Source: Paraglomus brasilianum (taxonomy: Eukaryota). From it: 21,532 bases of DNA. A model generated the notes under the pieces. That model ran no database searches. It was not told the origin of the DNA and saw only the letters and a program-made list of their open reading frames with translations. Shown here piece by piece: positions 10,818 through 21,150 of this stretch (within the stretch, counting starts at the first letter, position 1; every line of letters begins with the position of its first letter). The position numbers and the translations under genes were made by a program. Where the stretch lies: the NCBI GenBank assembly GCA_910592345.1, contig CAJVPI010000023.1:62001-83532 (forward strand), given 5' to 3'.

Positions 10818-13066
10818 CTATTCTTGCATTCCATCAACGTCCTCGCTCATTCCAAATCTCTGGAGGCATATGTTACTACCGTGTTCCATATATTCAGCTC
10901 GTGTCACGAGTTTATTCCGATGATCAGGTGAACCTGCATAATTGGAGCCACCATGCCATGTGTACGTTATTGGACTATGATATTTCATCATTAGGAGTAA
11001 CGGTGGGAATAATGTTGTATATAGATGGGAATTAGTAATAAGAACAGGAGGGGAAAAGAAAATAAAAAGCGTGGATGAGACATAACTATCGGTTAAGACC
11101 ATCATGTGGGTCGTTGTCACTATCACGACTGGATTATCTACATATAATGACTTCACTTTTTTTCTTTCATTAACTTACTTTTCAGGCATACCAACTCGCA
11201 CTTCATATTCGGATGGGGCTAAAACACGAAGATCTTGTTCGCTGGAGAGTACGGAATAGTGACAAGTGGAAGAATTCGTGTTGTAATTAGCAGGTGTGAG
11301 AAATCTCGAATAAATGAATTATGCTCGTCGGGTAATCGTTACATTCTCTCCTTGTATCCGGGGAATGAAGCATTCCCGCCAACCAAGACGATATTGCTGT
11401 AAAAAAGTCCGTGCAGATCTGAGCGATTAATAAAACACGGAGTGACATATATTAGCCGCTTGCTTATCTTTACTGGGCTGTTCAAAAATTTCCAGTATAG
11501 TGTACCTGAATGTGTAAGACTAACGGATTCAACAATGGTTTCCGGTATGCCTGCTTGATTCATTCCAATATTGGATGGATGGAAGAGCAGCTCCGGAATT
11601 GTAAAGCGTTCGTTGTTCATGCGTAGTACTTGATCTTCATATATATCATTCGTACTGCGAGAACTGCGTTTCTTATCCTGTCAACAGATTTAGAACAGTT
11701 TAGGAATTGCTTGATAATTGTATAGTATTGCTTGGTAAGGGTACCAAGGGTGCCATCAAAACTCAAATACTCACTCTAACATAACCCTTTGAATTCCTTG
11801 AAAAATCTGGCAACACATATTCTTGTACAATTGGATTCTCTTTCGGATTCCTTCGACCTGTATCCAAATCTCCAAGAAAGTCCTTGGATACGTAACAGCA
11901 TGTCTCTTTGATTTCGTTCACTACGTAAGTCTGATCCATCATATCCCAATGCCTAATAAACATCAATAATCATGTAACAGTCCAATATACATTTGACTTT
12001 TGCATTTATATTACCTGAATGACACAATCTCTTTCAAATGATTTGTCAGTAACTTCCCCCCAATGTTAATACGCCTGACTGCAGTTAGAACAGGGCGACC
12101 CACTACGATTGGCACTATATGAGTAAACGAGTAACCCGAATCGACCACAAGGATACAGTCTGGACGTTCATTGACTGAGGGCGTCTGAGAGGGGAAGAGA
12201 GAAGAGACATTGTTATATCCACATAGATAAGGCGCTATGAACGAAGAAGGATGTATATGATAAGTCATGATGGTACAAGAATAGGAAAAACATCAAGGTA
12301 CAATTGACTGATGAATCCAATTGTCAATATATCGAACATATAATCATAAAAGATATAATTGCTCGCTAAGCATTACCGATCACTCTGCAACAAGCATAGA
12401 ACTCGTAAGCTTCGAATATCATTTCATCATAACAGTGCTGAATATTAGGGAAATTAAAACAAGGCTCCGTAATCAAAAGACTTGTGCTAGTTGGATTAAC
12501 CTAGCCGAATGCAAAGCAAGTCATGTCATTATCAGTCGACACGTTAACCGAAACACGTAATCGACATTACTACTCACGTTCAAGATATCTCTACTAAAAG
12601 TCCTATCCCACAAGCTCTTCTGGACTTCCCAGTTGGTCAAATAACCCTTTGCAATTCACCAAGTCAATAGACATACAATCATTTTCGGCCGACTCTTTCA
12701 ACAACATAAATCAAACCACTATTATTCGCACGAGAAAATGTTCCAACCAACTTTCTCGAATGGAAGACGATAATATAGTCCGGCGTAATCGCTCAGTTTA
12801 TGTAGCTGATCACCAGTAAAAGTGGTTTTCTCACCCTTTCCCCGTGTTACTTTACAGTTGGGTATTACGCTATTTTGATAAAAATGGAAAAGAGACAAGG
12901 GAGCGTGGAGGTAAGGTTGGTACTGTATGGCGCGACAATGTTGACAAACTATGTCTATAGGAAATGTAGGGCTTTATGCATACTGCAATGTTTCTGGTTG
13001 TTTGGCATAGCCAGCCTTTATTGTACTTGCTCCATTGTCCATAACTAGTATAGGATTATCGGCCAT
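10818..13066 (-). CDS. ARP6: Actin-related protein 6 (SWR1 complex), 10 exons
   Basis: Spliced translation: [19 protein letters not shown]...VIPNC...[25 protein letters not shown]...[22 protein letters not shown]...[14 protein letters not shown]...[39 protein letters not shown]...[25 protein letters not shown]...[10 protein letters not shown]. These are Arp6-specific motifs. Confidence 0.95.
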
Positions 13067-13517
13067 ATTGCTCGCGTGGTAAATCAACAACTTTTTGTTT
13101 CAGACGAAAATACTGAAATAGCACATATTATACCTGCACGTGATGCAAATTAGATATCGCGATGATCTCACACCGAATAGGTGACGTAACAATTGTAGTG
13201 TTAATGAATTAGTTGAGCGAATATATTTATATTTATCCCAAGTTGGATAGAAAGCAACTAAATAATGAGCACTTTTGCGGCCTTGTTCGATTGAGCTGGA
13301 GGTCTGATTTTTTATCCGGATTTACTAAAAAATATTATTTTTTTTTAAGTCAAATACTGTATACATGCAAAAGTCGGTTATAATAAAATCAAAATTGATT
13401 ATTAGAACACGCAATCTGGTCATATATATTAGGCATGCAAAACATACTGGATAGTGTTTATCAAAAGTCGATCAGACTACAAACATATACTTAAACTCAG
13501 GTAGGCATATCAATATA

Positions 13518-14141
13518 CAGTCGAACCTCGTTATACCGAAGGAATTCTGGCTCCCCCGTTTTTAAATAGTAAAATCTCGTTACCGAAGTTCGATGCAAGA
13601 TTTTTACATCGCTTATACCGAATGTTCATCACATGATAAAGCTGTAGAATAGTGATTGGTTGTAGCAGATGAGAATCATACAATTTTTGGTCATACGATT
13701 TCGCATCATACGATTTCACATCATACGATTTCGCATCATACGATTTCGCATCATACGATTTCACATCATACGATTTCACATCATACGATTTCGCATCATA
13801 CGATTTCGCATCATACGATTTCGCATCATACGATTTCGCATCATACGATTTCACATCATACGATTTTAGCTGTCGTATTTGTGAGTAATTTTGATCGGCC
13901 ATATTTCGTATCTACTGTTTTTTAGATTATATTCATGTATTATTGTTTGTAAATTGAAGTAAAAAATATTATTCACATAACGAATATTGCTTGGAATTTT
14001 GCGTTCTTTATTTGTTTACACCTACGATTGAACGCTAAAGGTGTACACGAATATTGCTTGGCCTAGGCCTAACTTCGTTATATAGAGGTACCTCACTATA
14101 CCAAATGTCTCGTTATACCGAATCATGGTATAACGAGGTTC
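13518..14141. mobile_element. Non-autonomous pogo/Tigger-like (Tc1/mariner superfamily) TIR element with a damaged right terminus
   Basis: The left end is TA|CAGTCGAACCTCGTTATACC. There is a perfect 15-bp inverted repeat, GAACCTCGTTATACC (13523-13537) versus GGTATAACGAGGTTC (14127-14141). The sub-terminal motif CTCGTTATACCGAA is exact at 13527-13540 and 14109-14122, with degenerate copies near 13576, 13610, 14073 and 14091. The expected right-hand GACTG|TA is absent. Confidence 0.75.
13691..13866. repeat. 15-bp minisatellite TCATACGATTTC(G/A)CA, 11 full copies plus a partial twelfth
   Basis: Counted directly. There is a single variable position, with order G,A,G,G,A,A,G,G,G,G,A. Confidence 0.98.
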
Positions 14142-14902
14142 AGTCTCGATAAATCGGTGAACGCGCACACAACATGACTCTTTAATTTTAACTGGTGGAT
14201 TTTTATTGTTGTGTAATCGTTAAACCATGTTGTTAGAATCGTATGAAAAATACTCAATAGTGTGCTAACTAACCCGTTACTAAACATGTATGAGAATTAT
14301 ACAATACTTTATTCAATTAGCGTCAAACGATAATATAAAAGTTATCGTGATTTACATAGTACGTATAGACAGTAGAGATTTTTCGTATGTTTTACTAACA
14401 AATTTCACGAATACTTTTGATCACAATGTATCATGAGAATGTCATCAGAAGAATATTATGTCATTAGAATCAGACTATCACCAACATATTATATAACAAA
14501 AGTTTACGACATACCATAATGAAATCAGTACTTTTGGATCATCTAGCAATCGAATGATTTAGTGTAAATAGAGTTCGGTGCGGTCAGGTATTTAAGTCGG
14601 ACAAGAAAGCTCTAGCTGACGATTATTTTACTATGGTTTAAGTAGATGGTTTTAACCGACCAGCCGACTGACGAACTATTCACGTATGCTATTTACGTTT
14701 TCATTGATTAGAAAGTAATATAATATACGTTGGCTAATTCAATTGGGTCAGTGTAACATTGGACTTTTGTTTACATTTAAACTTTATTGATGTAACATTA
14801 TATATTAATACGGAGATCAACATAAACGTAAATCGTAATACATAATTAGTTGGGATGCACACATGTACTCTATTAAGCTAGTAACTCAAATTCATGACTT
14901 GC

Positions 14903-15479
14903 TTATCCCTTGGTCGCAAACACCTCGAATGAACTACTATCTCCACGGACGGATATATCCTTTTGGAGCACCACTTGAATAAAGTACGAAAACCCTGGTC
15001 TAGCCCATTTGGGGTCGATGACAAAGTCTTTTGTGCCAGTATTAGCGTTTTTGCCCTTTATAATAAAAAATATACCCAAATTTTAGTAAAACTTTCCAGT
15101 TTGCAATTATCCGATTTATTAGCAAAATAATTCAACTTACAGTAAACGTAGCGAATATAGCGGCGCGGGCGTTTCTCACCAGAATTGTAACTTTGTCTAA
15201 AGGAAAAAAAAAGGTTGATTATTATTCGAAAAGAATATACTTTTGAAAATAAAGAATTCTGCTAAAAATTGCATCCTTACCGGTTGATTTACAATCATTA
15301 CACCACCAACTGACATTTTGTATGGATTTAATGGCACGGAGACCTGGGCCTGGAGATGAAACGTGAAGAACGGGAGTTCGTTTATCGAGTTCTGGAACTG
15401 GGCTGGAAACCGTCAACGTAGCGAGCATTACAACGAGAATGACAAAAAGTCCCAAAAACTTGTTGCTGAGAGGATTCAT
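14903..15479 (-). CDS. Small secreted protein, 135 aa (signal peptide, KR propeptide, beta-rich ~100-aa domain); candidate effector or cell-wall protein
   Basis: Exons 15281-15479, 15141-15196 and 14903-15055 (408 nt) join in frame via GTAAG...AG introns. Translation: MNPLSNKFLGLFVILVVMLATLTVSSPVPELDKR|TPVLHVSSPGPGLRAIKSIQNVSWWCNDCKSTDKVTILVRNARAAIFATFTGKNANTGTKDFVIDPKWARPGFSYFIQVVLQKDISVRGDSSSFEVFATKG. Confidence 0.85.
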
Positions 15480-15601
15480 TTTTCTTGATATTTTAAGTAA
15501 CTGGATTGGTATGTGAACTATGAGAGGCTTGATATAACAAGTTATAGATTGACAAGCTAATGAATCTGCTCGCTGAAAGTCAGTGAAGGAGAAAAGCAGT
15601 G

Positions 15602-15609
15602 TTTAAATA
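15602..15609 (-). promoter_or_regulatory. Candidate TATA box of the secreted-protein gene
   Basis: TATTTAAA on the minus strand about 120 nt upstream of the ATG at 15479. Confidence 0.4.
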
Positions 15610-17867
15610 CTTTTCTGGTTGTACGATTTTAGTTTATATGAAAGAACATATTAGCGTTGCATAGGCTTGTCTTGATTGTATAGTGAATATATTATGTCGT
15701 CAGTTATCAAAACGCCTTTGACGTGACAAAACAAAGAATAATCTATTATTAGTAAATTATTAGTAATTTGCCTATTTTTAGAGGAACGTGTCCGTCATAA
15801 TATCCCATTGTTTAAAAGTCAGCAGATATCCCGTGTTCGGTAGGAGTTATTAATTACAATGCAGGGGAAAGGAAATACGGCGTGAATTCCATGTATTCAT
15901 GGAATATTATAATCAGTATACAAACAATTTGTTTCTTGCTTTATCAAAAGCAAAATGCGTTGCTCAGATGATTTTCCCAACATTCGAAATTAGGACTGAT
16001 CTTCACTTACACAACATGGGGCAGTGCAATCCTGAATTGTGCGTTGTACTACGAATCCTTGTGAAATTCTTGGCATGTTTGCGCTTGTTTGCGTCATCAC
16101 AAATTCTATAATCTTGTAGAAAGCCTTATGCTGATTGAAGTTGATGCGACTGCTTACATTATAGTATTTAATTCTTTTCTCTGCTTTTTCACAGCAAAAC
16201 ATCTCCGTTTTCTATTCGATGGTATATCAAGCTCGAAAGCCATATCGGAAACTCCTTGTATCTATATTTAACATTGGCGTGTAATGCCATAATGTAGCAC
16301 AACTGCCTTGCATGCATTAGCAAACAATTGAAGTAAATCGCTAAAGTATTTTGCTTACAACTGGAAAGTTTTAAATTGGAAACAATCTAGATAATATTGC
16401 AAATGACGTATATTGACAATAGAATAAAGAATGACTAATTTGCAATCATAAGTCAATTGTATTAGAATTATAGTTAATTATAATGGCTCAATCTTTATTT
16501 AGACTGTCAAGTAGGAACGCTGCCGGCAACAGTTCATCAATAGTAATTACAGTTACCTGCAAAATTAATTAGTGCTTCTAGGGTTCTAATTATAGTTAGG
16601 TTATTCCAATAGTCGCACGGATTCAAGTCAGGATAAACGTTGTTTGTTTTCTAAACATAGTAAACCCTGTACATTCTATGTACTAGTACGTAATTAACAT
16701 TTACTGTAAACGTGATGGCGTACAAAATCTAACCAATCCGAGACTGACTTATTTGCAGAGAGAAGTGTTACGAGCAGAATCAAAGGCATAATATTTACAA
16801 GCACTGTTGTTCCTACCAATGAGTCATTGTGGATTGATATTTCTTCGCAAATTTAATTGCTATTGTTAAGGGATTCCGAAAGAATGCATGCTAAAAGGTG
16901 TTATACTATCAGTATCGACAAGCAATTCTTTTTTAACAATACCGCGAATAAGTTTTATTACTTGGGATGCTTGTGAATTGTTTGTCTGATAGTAACTACC
17001 GATTATAATTAGTAACTGAGTTAACACACATACAGTTACTTTATTCCGAAATTTAAAGTGTGCGCTAATTATAACAGTTGATTATTAGAAAAATTGGAAA
17101 TCCTGATTGGGAGGAGACAATGCAAATGGCGTGTTAAAAAGCCTTCTTCCCCTCAAATGAATTTTCCCGCATTTGGCGTTCTGAGTTTTGATGCTGAACG
17201 ATCTGTACTACTAATTTTAATTGCATGGCTGTAATTTGCCGCACTATTTTTATACAGGCATTGCATTATCACTAAATTTAGCGTAATGGTAATGAACTTG
17301 CAGCAAATATTGACACAGTGTCCTTAAATAAGTTATTAAGCAGTAATAACAAAATACATCCCTAATATTGTGCGTCTATTAGTAGATAATGATTTGACTC
17401 TATTAATATCACTCGCAATGTAATTCAGCTTATACGTAAGTGCAGTATCTATTTACGTCAAATCCCGGACTTCCACGGCTGTACGGCTACGTTAATATTA
17501 ACCAATATTTAGATACAGATAATCATTACATTTCACATAGTACATGAAGTAAATATGCAGATTGCGAGATTACATAGTGAAATGTCTTTCAAGTAGCTGA
17601 ACTAGAAAAGTGAACGAAAAAGGATAATATTGCTTTTGTGCTGTTTCTCAAATTCAAACTGCAAAAATAATGAGGTAAAAATCGTAGAGGAGGAAGACCA
17701 CTTAATAAAGCTGGTGGGTTGCTGAAAATTTAAGAGACTCTGAGGCTTACTATTTAAAATAAACCAGAACTTTTTGCAGCAAGAGAGATAAAAGTTACGG
17801 ATGGTTGTAGTGAAAATTAAGAAACATTAGAGTTAATCTGTTATTTTTTATTTAATACAAAAATTAT

Positions 17868-18310
17868 TCAATTACGTTTTGTATTGGCTTTGGACAAGTA
17901 ATATATCCCTGACAAACGGACAAATGCTCTGGTAAATTCGGCATAATTACCATTAGCAACTATCTGAACTTTGACACCTCCAGGTTTAATTGCTTCAAAA
18001 AGAAAATTTGCAAACCACTCAATCTTTTAAACACGAAAATTAAAATTTAAATATTGAAACCCTTTTTCATTGTCATAACTATTAGCTTTTTTTTAATACC
18101 GTATGCTTGATCCCGACAATATAATCCACGCAGTCGGCTGTTATTTTTCAGTAAAGCCCAAAACTGGCACCATACTTGGATTTTGCGCCATAAAATTTAA
18201 TTCAATACTTTCTTAATTACAAAATACAGATCAGATAAATCAAATGGTAGCATTCTCCCGCCATTATCTTTAAACCCAATTTGTTCGCGTTCTTCATCTT
18301 TTACGCAGAC
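17868..18310 (-). pseudogene. Decayed spliced gene fragment of unknown family
   Basis: An open terminal exon 17868-18023 (IEWFANFLFEAIKPGGVKVQIVANGNYAEFTRAFVRLSGIYYLSKANTKRN*) is joined in frame by a 76-nt GT-AG intron (18024-18099, with GCTAAT) to ...Y*IKFYGAKSKYGASFGLY*KITADCVDYIVGIKHT. That upstream exon has in-frame TGA stops and an upstream frameshift. Confidence 0.5.
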
Positions 18311-18939
18311 TAAAATAATAGATCCTATTGATCTTAACTATAATGGGCAGCAGCAGCAGCAGCAAATCAATACTACCTAATTAGCTCCTGCTTTTATCAG
18401 GGTCGTCAACATTCATTTTTTTTTGTCGCTTTAAGAATCAAATTGGCGGTATTTTCGTTTTGTAGGTAAACTGGAGCAACATCTAATTATTGCTATAATT
18501 ATTAGCTTGACGCTTTTTCGACACGCATGTCGCTTTTTCGACTATTACGATGCGTTAGCGGTGGATTGCTGTACGGTCGTAGCACTTTTCGCCAGGTAAT
18601 TCGGAATCTAAATGGCGTGTCGCAATTGTGTCACTGATGGAAAAATAAGGGGAAACAAAACGTCAGAATTACTTGTAATGTCTTTTCATCCCTATGAGAA
18701 TCCAAACGTCAGCGAAAAAGATGAGTAGATGATACTTTTATCGTTATTAATGATACTTACCACATGCAATTATTACGCTTATCGTCTTTGAACAGAATGG
18801 AATAATATAATTATATTCGGTTTGATTTCTTTGAAGTAGTTTTTTCCATTTCGAAACTGTTTTTGGCTATAAAAATAATAAAAATATAAATATTACAACA
18901 AAGTTTCAGTATCTTTGCAATAAAAAAAAAGATCGATAC

Positions 18940-19315
18940 TAACAAGATTTTAACACATTTCTCTTCCATGTGACATTTTGTTTGTTCCGACATTCTTCAC
19001 AATCATTGAAGTGTGTTCTGTTTCGCTTATAAATCCAGAAGTGGTGATTCTTTGGGTCAACCAAAAGACCAGTAAAAAGCTACCAGTTCCAGCAAAATCA
19101 AGTTCACTCATTAGAAAAGTCTACTCACCGCGTTCTGCGTATCAACCATATTTTCCTCCGCGTTTACACTCCCCTCCCCGGTGATTTGTACCTCTTAAAA
19201 TGTGCCAATAAAAACAGCCAACATTTGATCCTCTCCGAATATTATTTCCTTCCAAAAGTTTTCGTGCTTCGGTGGCAGAAGACTCAACAGTAGTTACAAT
19301 ACCATATCGAATAGC
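18940..19315 (-). pseudogene. Possible decayed coding fragment
   Basis: Protein-like stretches lie in different frames (AIRYGIVTTVESSATEARKLLEGNNIRRGS; ENMVDTQNA|GTGAGT...CTAAT...TAG|LFTGLLVDPKNHHFWIYKRNRTHFNDCEEC). No intact start-to-stop model can be built. Confidence 0.3.
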
Positions 19316-19496
19316 TCAAGAATAAGATATTAAACGTGTATGATCAGAGTAAAAATGATAGTGGTATGTATAAAGGATCTAATAAAATAAACACACCGAC
19401 TCTACGCTGTTTTTATATCTTTCGAACGGACTAATTGATCTATTTTTAGCAGCAATTACATCATTATTTCCTATTGTTGTCGGTATACAGCACTTA

Positions 19497-20042
19497 CAGT
19501 GTGTTACAAAAAAAAGCGGAATTATATTTTAGTCTATTACTATTGTGTGATGAAAAAAAAAAGCCGAATTGTCCAGAATTTATAATTATATTTTGTATAA
19601 TATAGAGAACAAATTTGCTTAAGGACAGTTAATAGATTATCTTATTAAAATTTTTCTTAATTTATAAATTAATCTTGGGAAAAAAATATCGAAAAAGTAA
19701 TTATAAGTAAAAAAAACAACAAACCCATTTTTTATAAAAAAATTTATTAAGGTATTTAATTAAGTAACTTTAAGTAAACTCGTTTGTAACAACATGGAGA
19801 ACACATTTGAAAAATTTTTATGTGAAAATAATAGGATTTTTTTTGTTTTATACAAGTAATAACAAAATTTTTTGAGTTTTGAATTTTTGAAATTAGAAAC
19901 ATTTTAATAAAATAACTCATTAAATTGCCGTAAGTAAATTTGTTTCTTGTATAAAAATACATATATTTGTAAACTTTTATCTAATTCCGTCATACTTTTT
20001 ATATTATAAAAGAAAAATTCCGCTTTTTTTTGTAACACACTG
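19497..20042. mobile_element. 546-bp Tc1/mariner-type MITE
   Basis: Perfect 27-bp TIRs CAGTGTGTTACAAAAAAAAGCGGAATT (19497-19523; reverse complement at 20016-20042). TA flanks both ends (19495-19496 and 20043-20044). The interior is very AT-rich and non-coding, with a degenerate internal TIR-like copy at about 19553-19570. Confidence 0.93.
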
Positions 20043-20284
20043 TATATAGGTGCTATTACTATTGTTCTGCTGCACTAGCACTTTCCCTGATGGACTCGGA
20101 TTGGTAATGGATTCAGCTTCATGAAATTTGTGACCTTCTCTTGATAGTTGGATATTTCCGAGATTGCATTGATAAATGTTGAGTGAATATGGGAGTTCTC
20201 GTATATCGAATCATCGTTTGTAATGGACAGCATATCTATTAATCACACAAACAAGTAGAGCAAAAGATAGTTAGTAACACATGG

Positions 20285-21150
20285 TTAAAACAACTCAATG
20301 CAAAATATTCTACTGACCAGCATCTGAATAGTTTGCATATATATACCGTTATATAAATCGTCATTGGTGGTGATGTTGCGGTTGACGAGGAGGGGGGTAG
20401 CAGTTGAAGATAACGGGGGGGGGTTGTTGAGGGTGCTGTTGTCACGTAACTGTTCATAGATCTCATTCATATGCGTACTTAAGTCGTCTACCTTATGATC
20501 AACCTTTTTGATGATGTTTGAGAGAGAGGTTCTGTGATTTCTGTGGTGGATGTATGATTGCCTGTTGTTTCTGGTGTTACCGTCCAATAACTTTTTTTTT
20601 TCAAGAGGTTCTAGATCACGATCGTCTAAAAATTCTGAAATAGTCCATTTGAGCAAAGGAATTATAACATCTGTGATGTATGTTCCCTCACTTTGCTCAC
20701 GGCGAGACGTTCTTGTTGCAAATACTGGTTGCTCCAAATCTCACCCCTAATTGATTACTTATTATTATTAGTGTGAAAAAAAAACTATCCAGAAACTTAA
20801 AAAAAATACTTACAGCACGCTTAGAATATGTTCTGATACTTGTACTAAGGTCGAATCACTTTCCTTCCATCTTCTGTCGTGGAAGATATTTTTTGAAACA
20901 TCTTGTTGAGCAAAATTTACAATAAATTTGTCGCATGTAGGCCCGCGGTTGCTAATATTATTACTTAGTGAATTAAAAAAAAATTTTTTTGATCAAATTC
21001 TCGTTTGTTTCTTACCACAAAGACCCGCTTCTGTCTACTTTTGAAGCTCTTTACAATAGTCGATTTATCGCTTAAGACCATATTTGCTTCAGGGTCTGTC
21101 CATGAAAGACTTGCAAGATTAATATCGTTTACTCTTTTTATATTTGGCAT
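20285..21150 (-). pseudogene. Frameshifted, probably chimeric gene remnant of a lineage-expanded hypothetical protein family
   Basis: The reading is MPNIKRV...EFDQKNF, then a frameshift in the T/A homopolymer at about 20975-20990, then FNSLSNN...HDRRWKESDSTLVQVSEHILSVL|GTAAG...TAG|GEIWSN. A 1-nt frameshift near 20728 follows, then PVFATRTSRREQSEGTYITDVIIPLLKWTISEF and a coiled-coil/Pro-rich segment. The W-x-N-P-x-F...EGTY(I/V)TDVIIPLL pattern resembles, from memory only, uncharacterised multicopy proteins of arbuscular mycorrhizal fungi. Confidence 0.55.

Noticed and set aside
10975..11178. Unusually long (204-nt) last ARP6 intron, partly open in frame with the last exon
   Set aside because: Retention gives an immediate TAA after the donor, and no convincing snoRNA box arrangement is visible.
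13691..13866. CRISPR-like array or telomeric repeat
   Set aside because: Units are directly adjacent with no spacers, there are no cas genes, the context is eukaryotic, and the unit is not telomere-like.
13656..13925. Plus-strand ORFs with HHTIS or IIRFR repeats
   Set aside because: They are by-products of a stop-free 15-mer repeat with no independent coding evidence.
15899..16271. Overlapping 60-70 aa ORFs, possibly a decayed gene
   Set aside because: There are stops in all frames, no recognisable motif and no supportable splice model.
18348..18362. (CAG)5 microsatellite
   Set aside because: It is short and not within a supportable coding region.
19756..19962. 68-aa ORF inside the MITE
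   Set aside because: AT-rich F/K/I/N-biased translation with no transposase motif.
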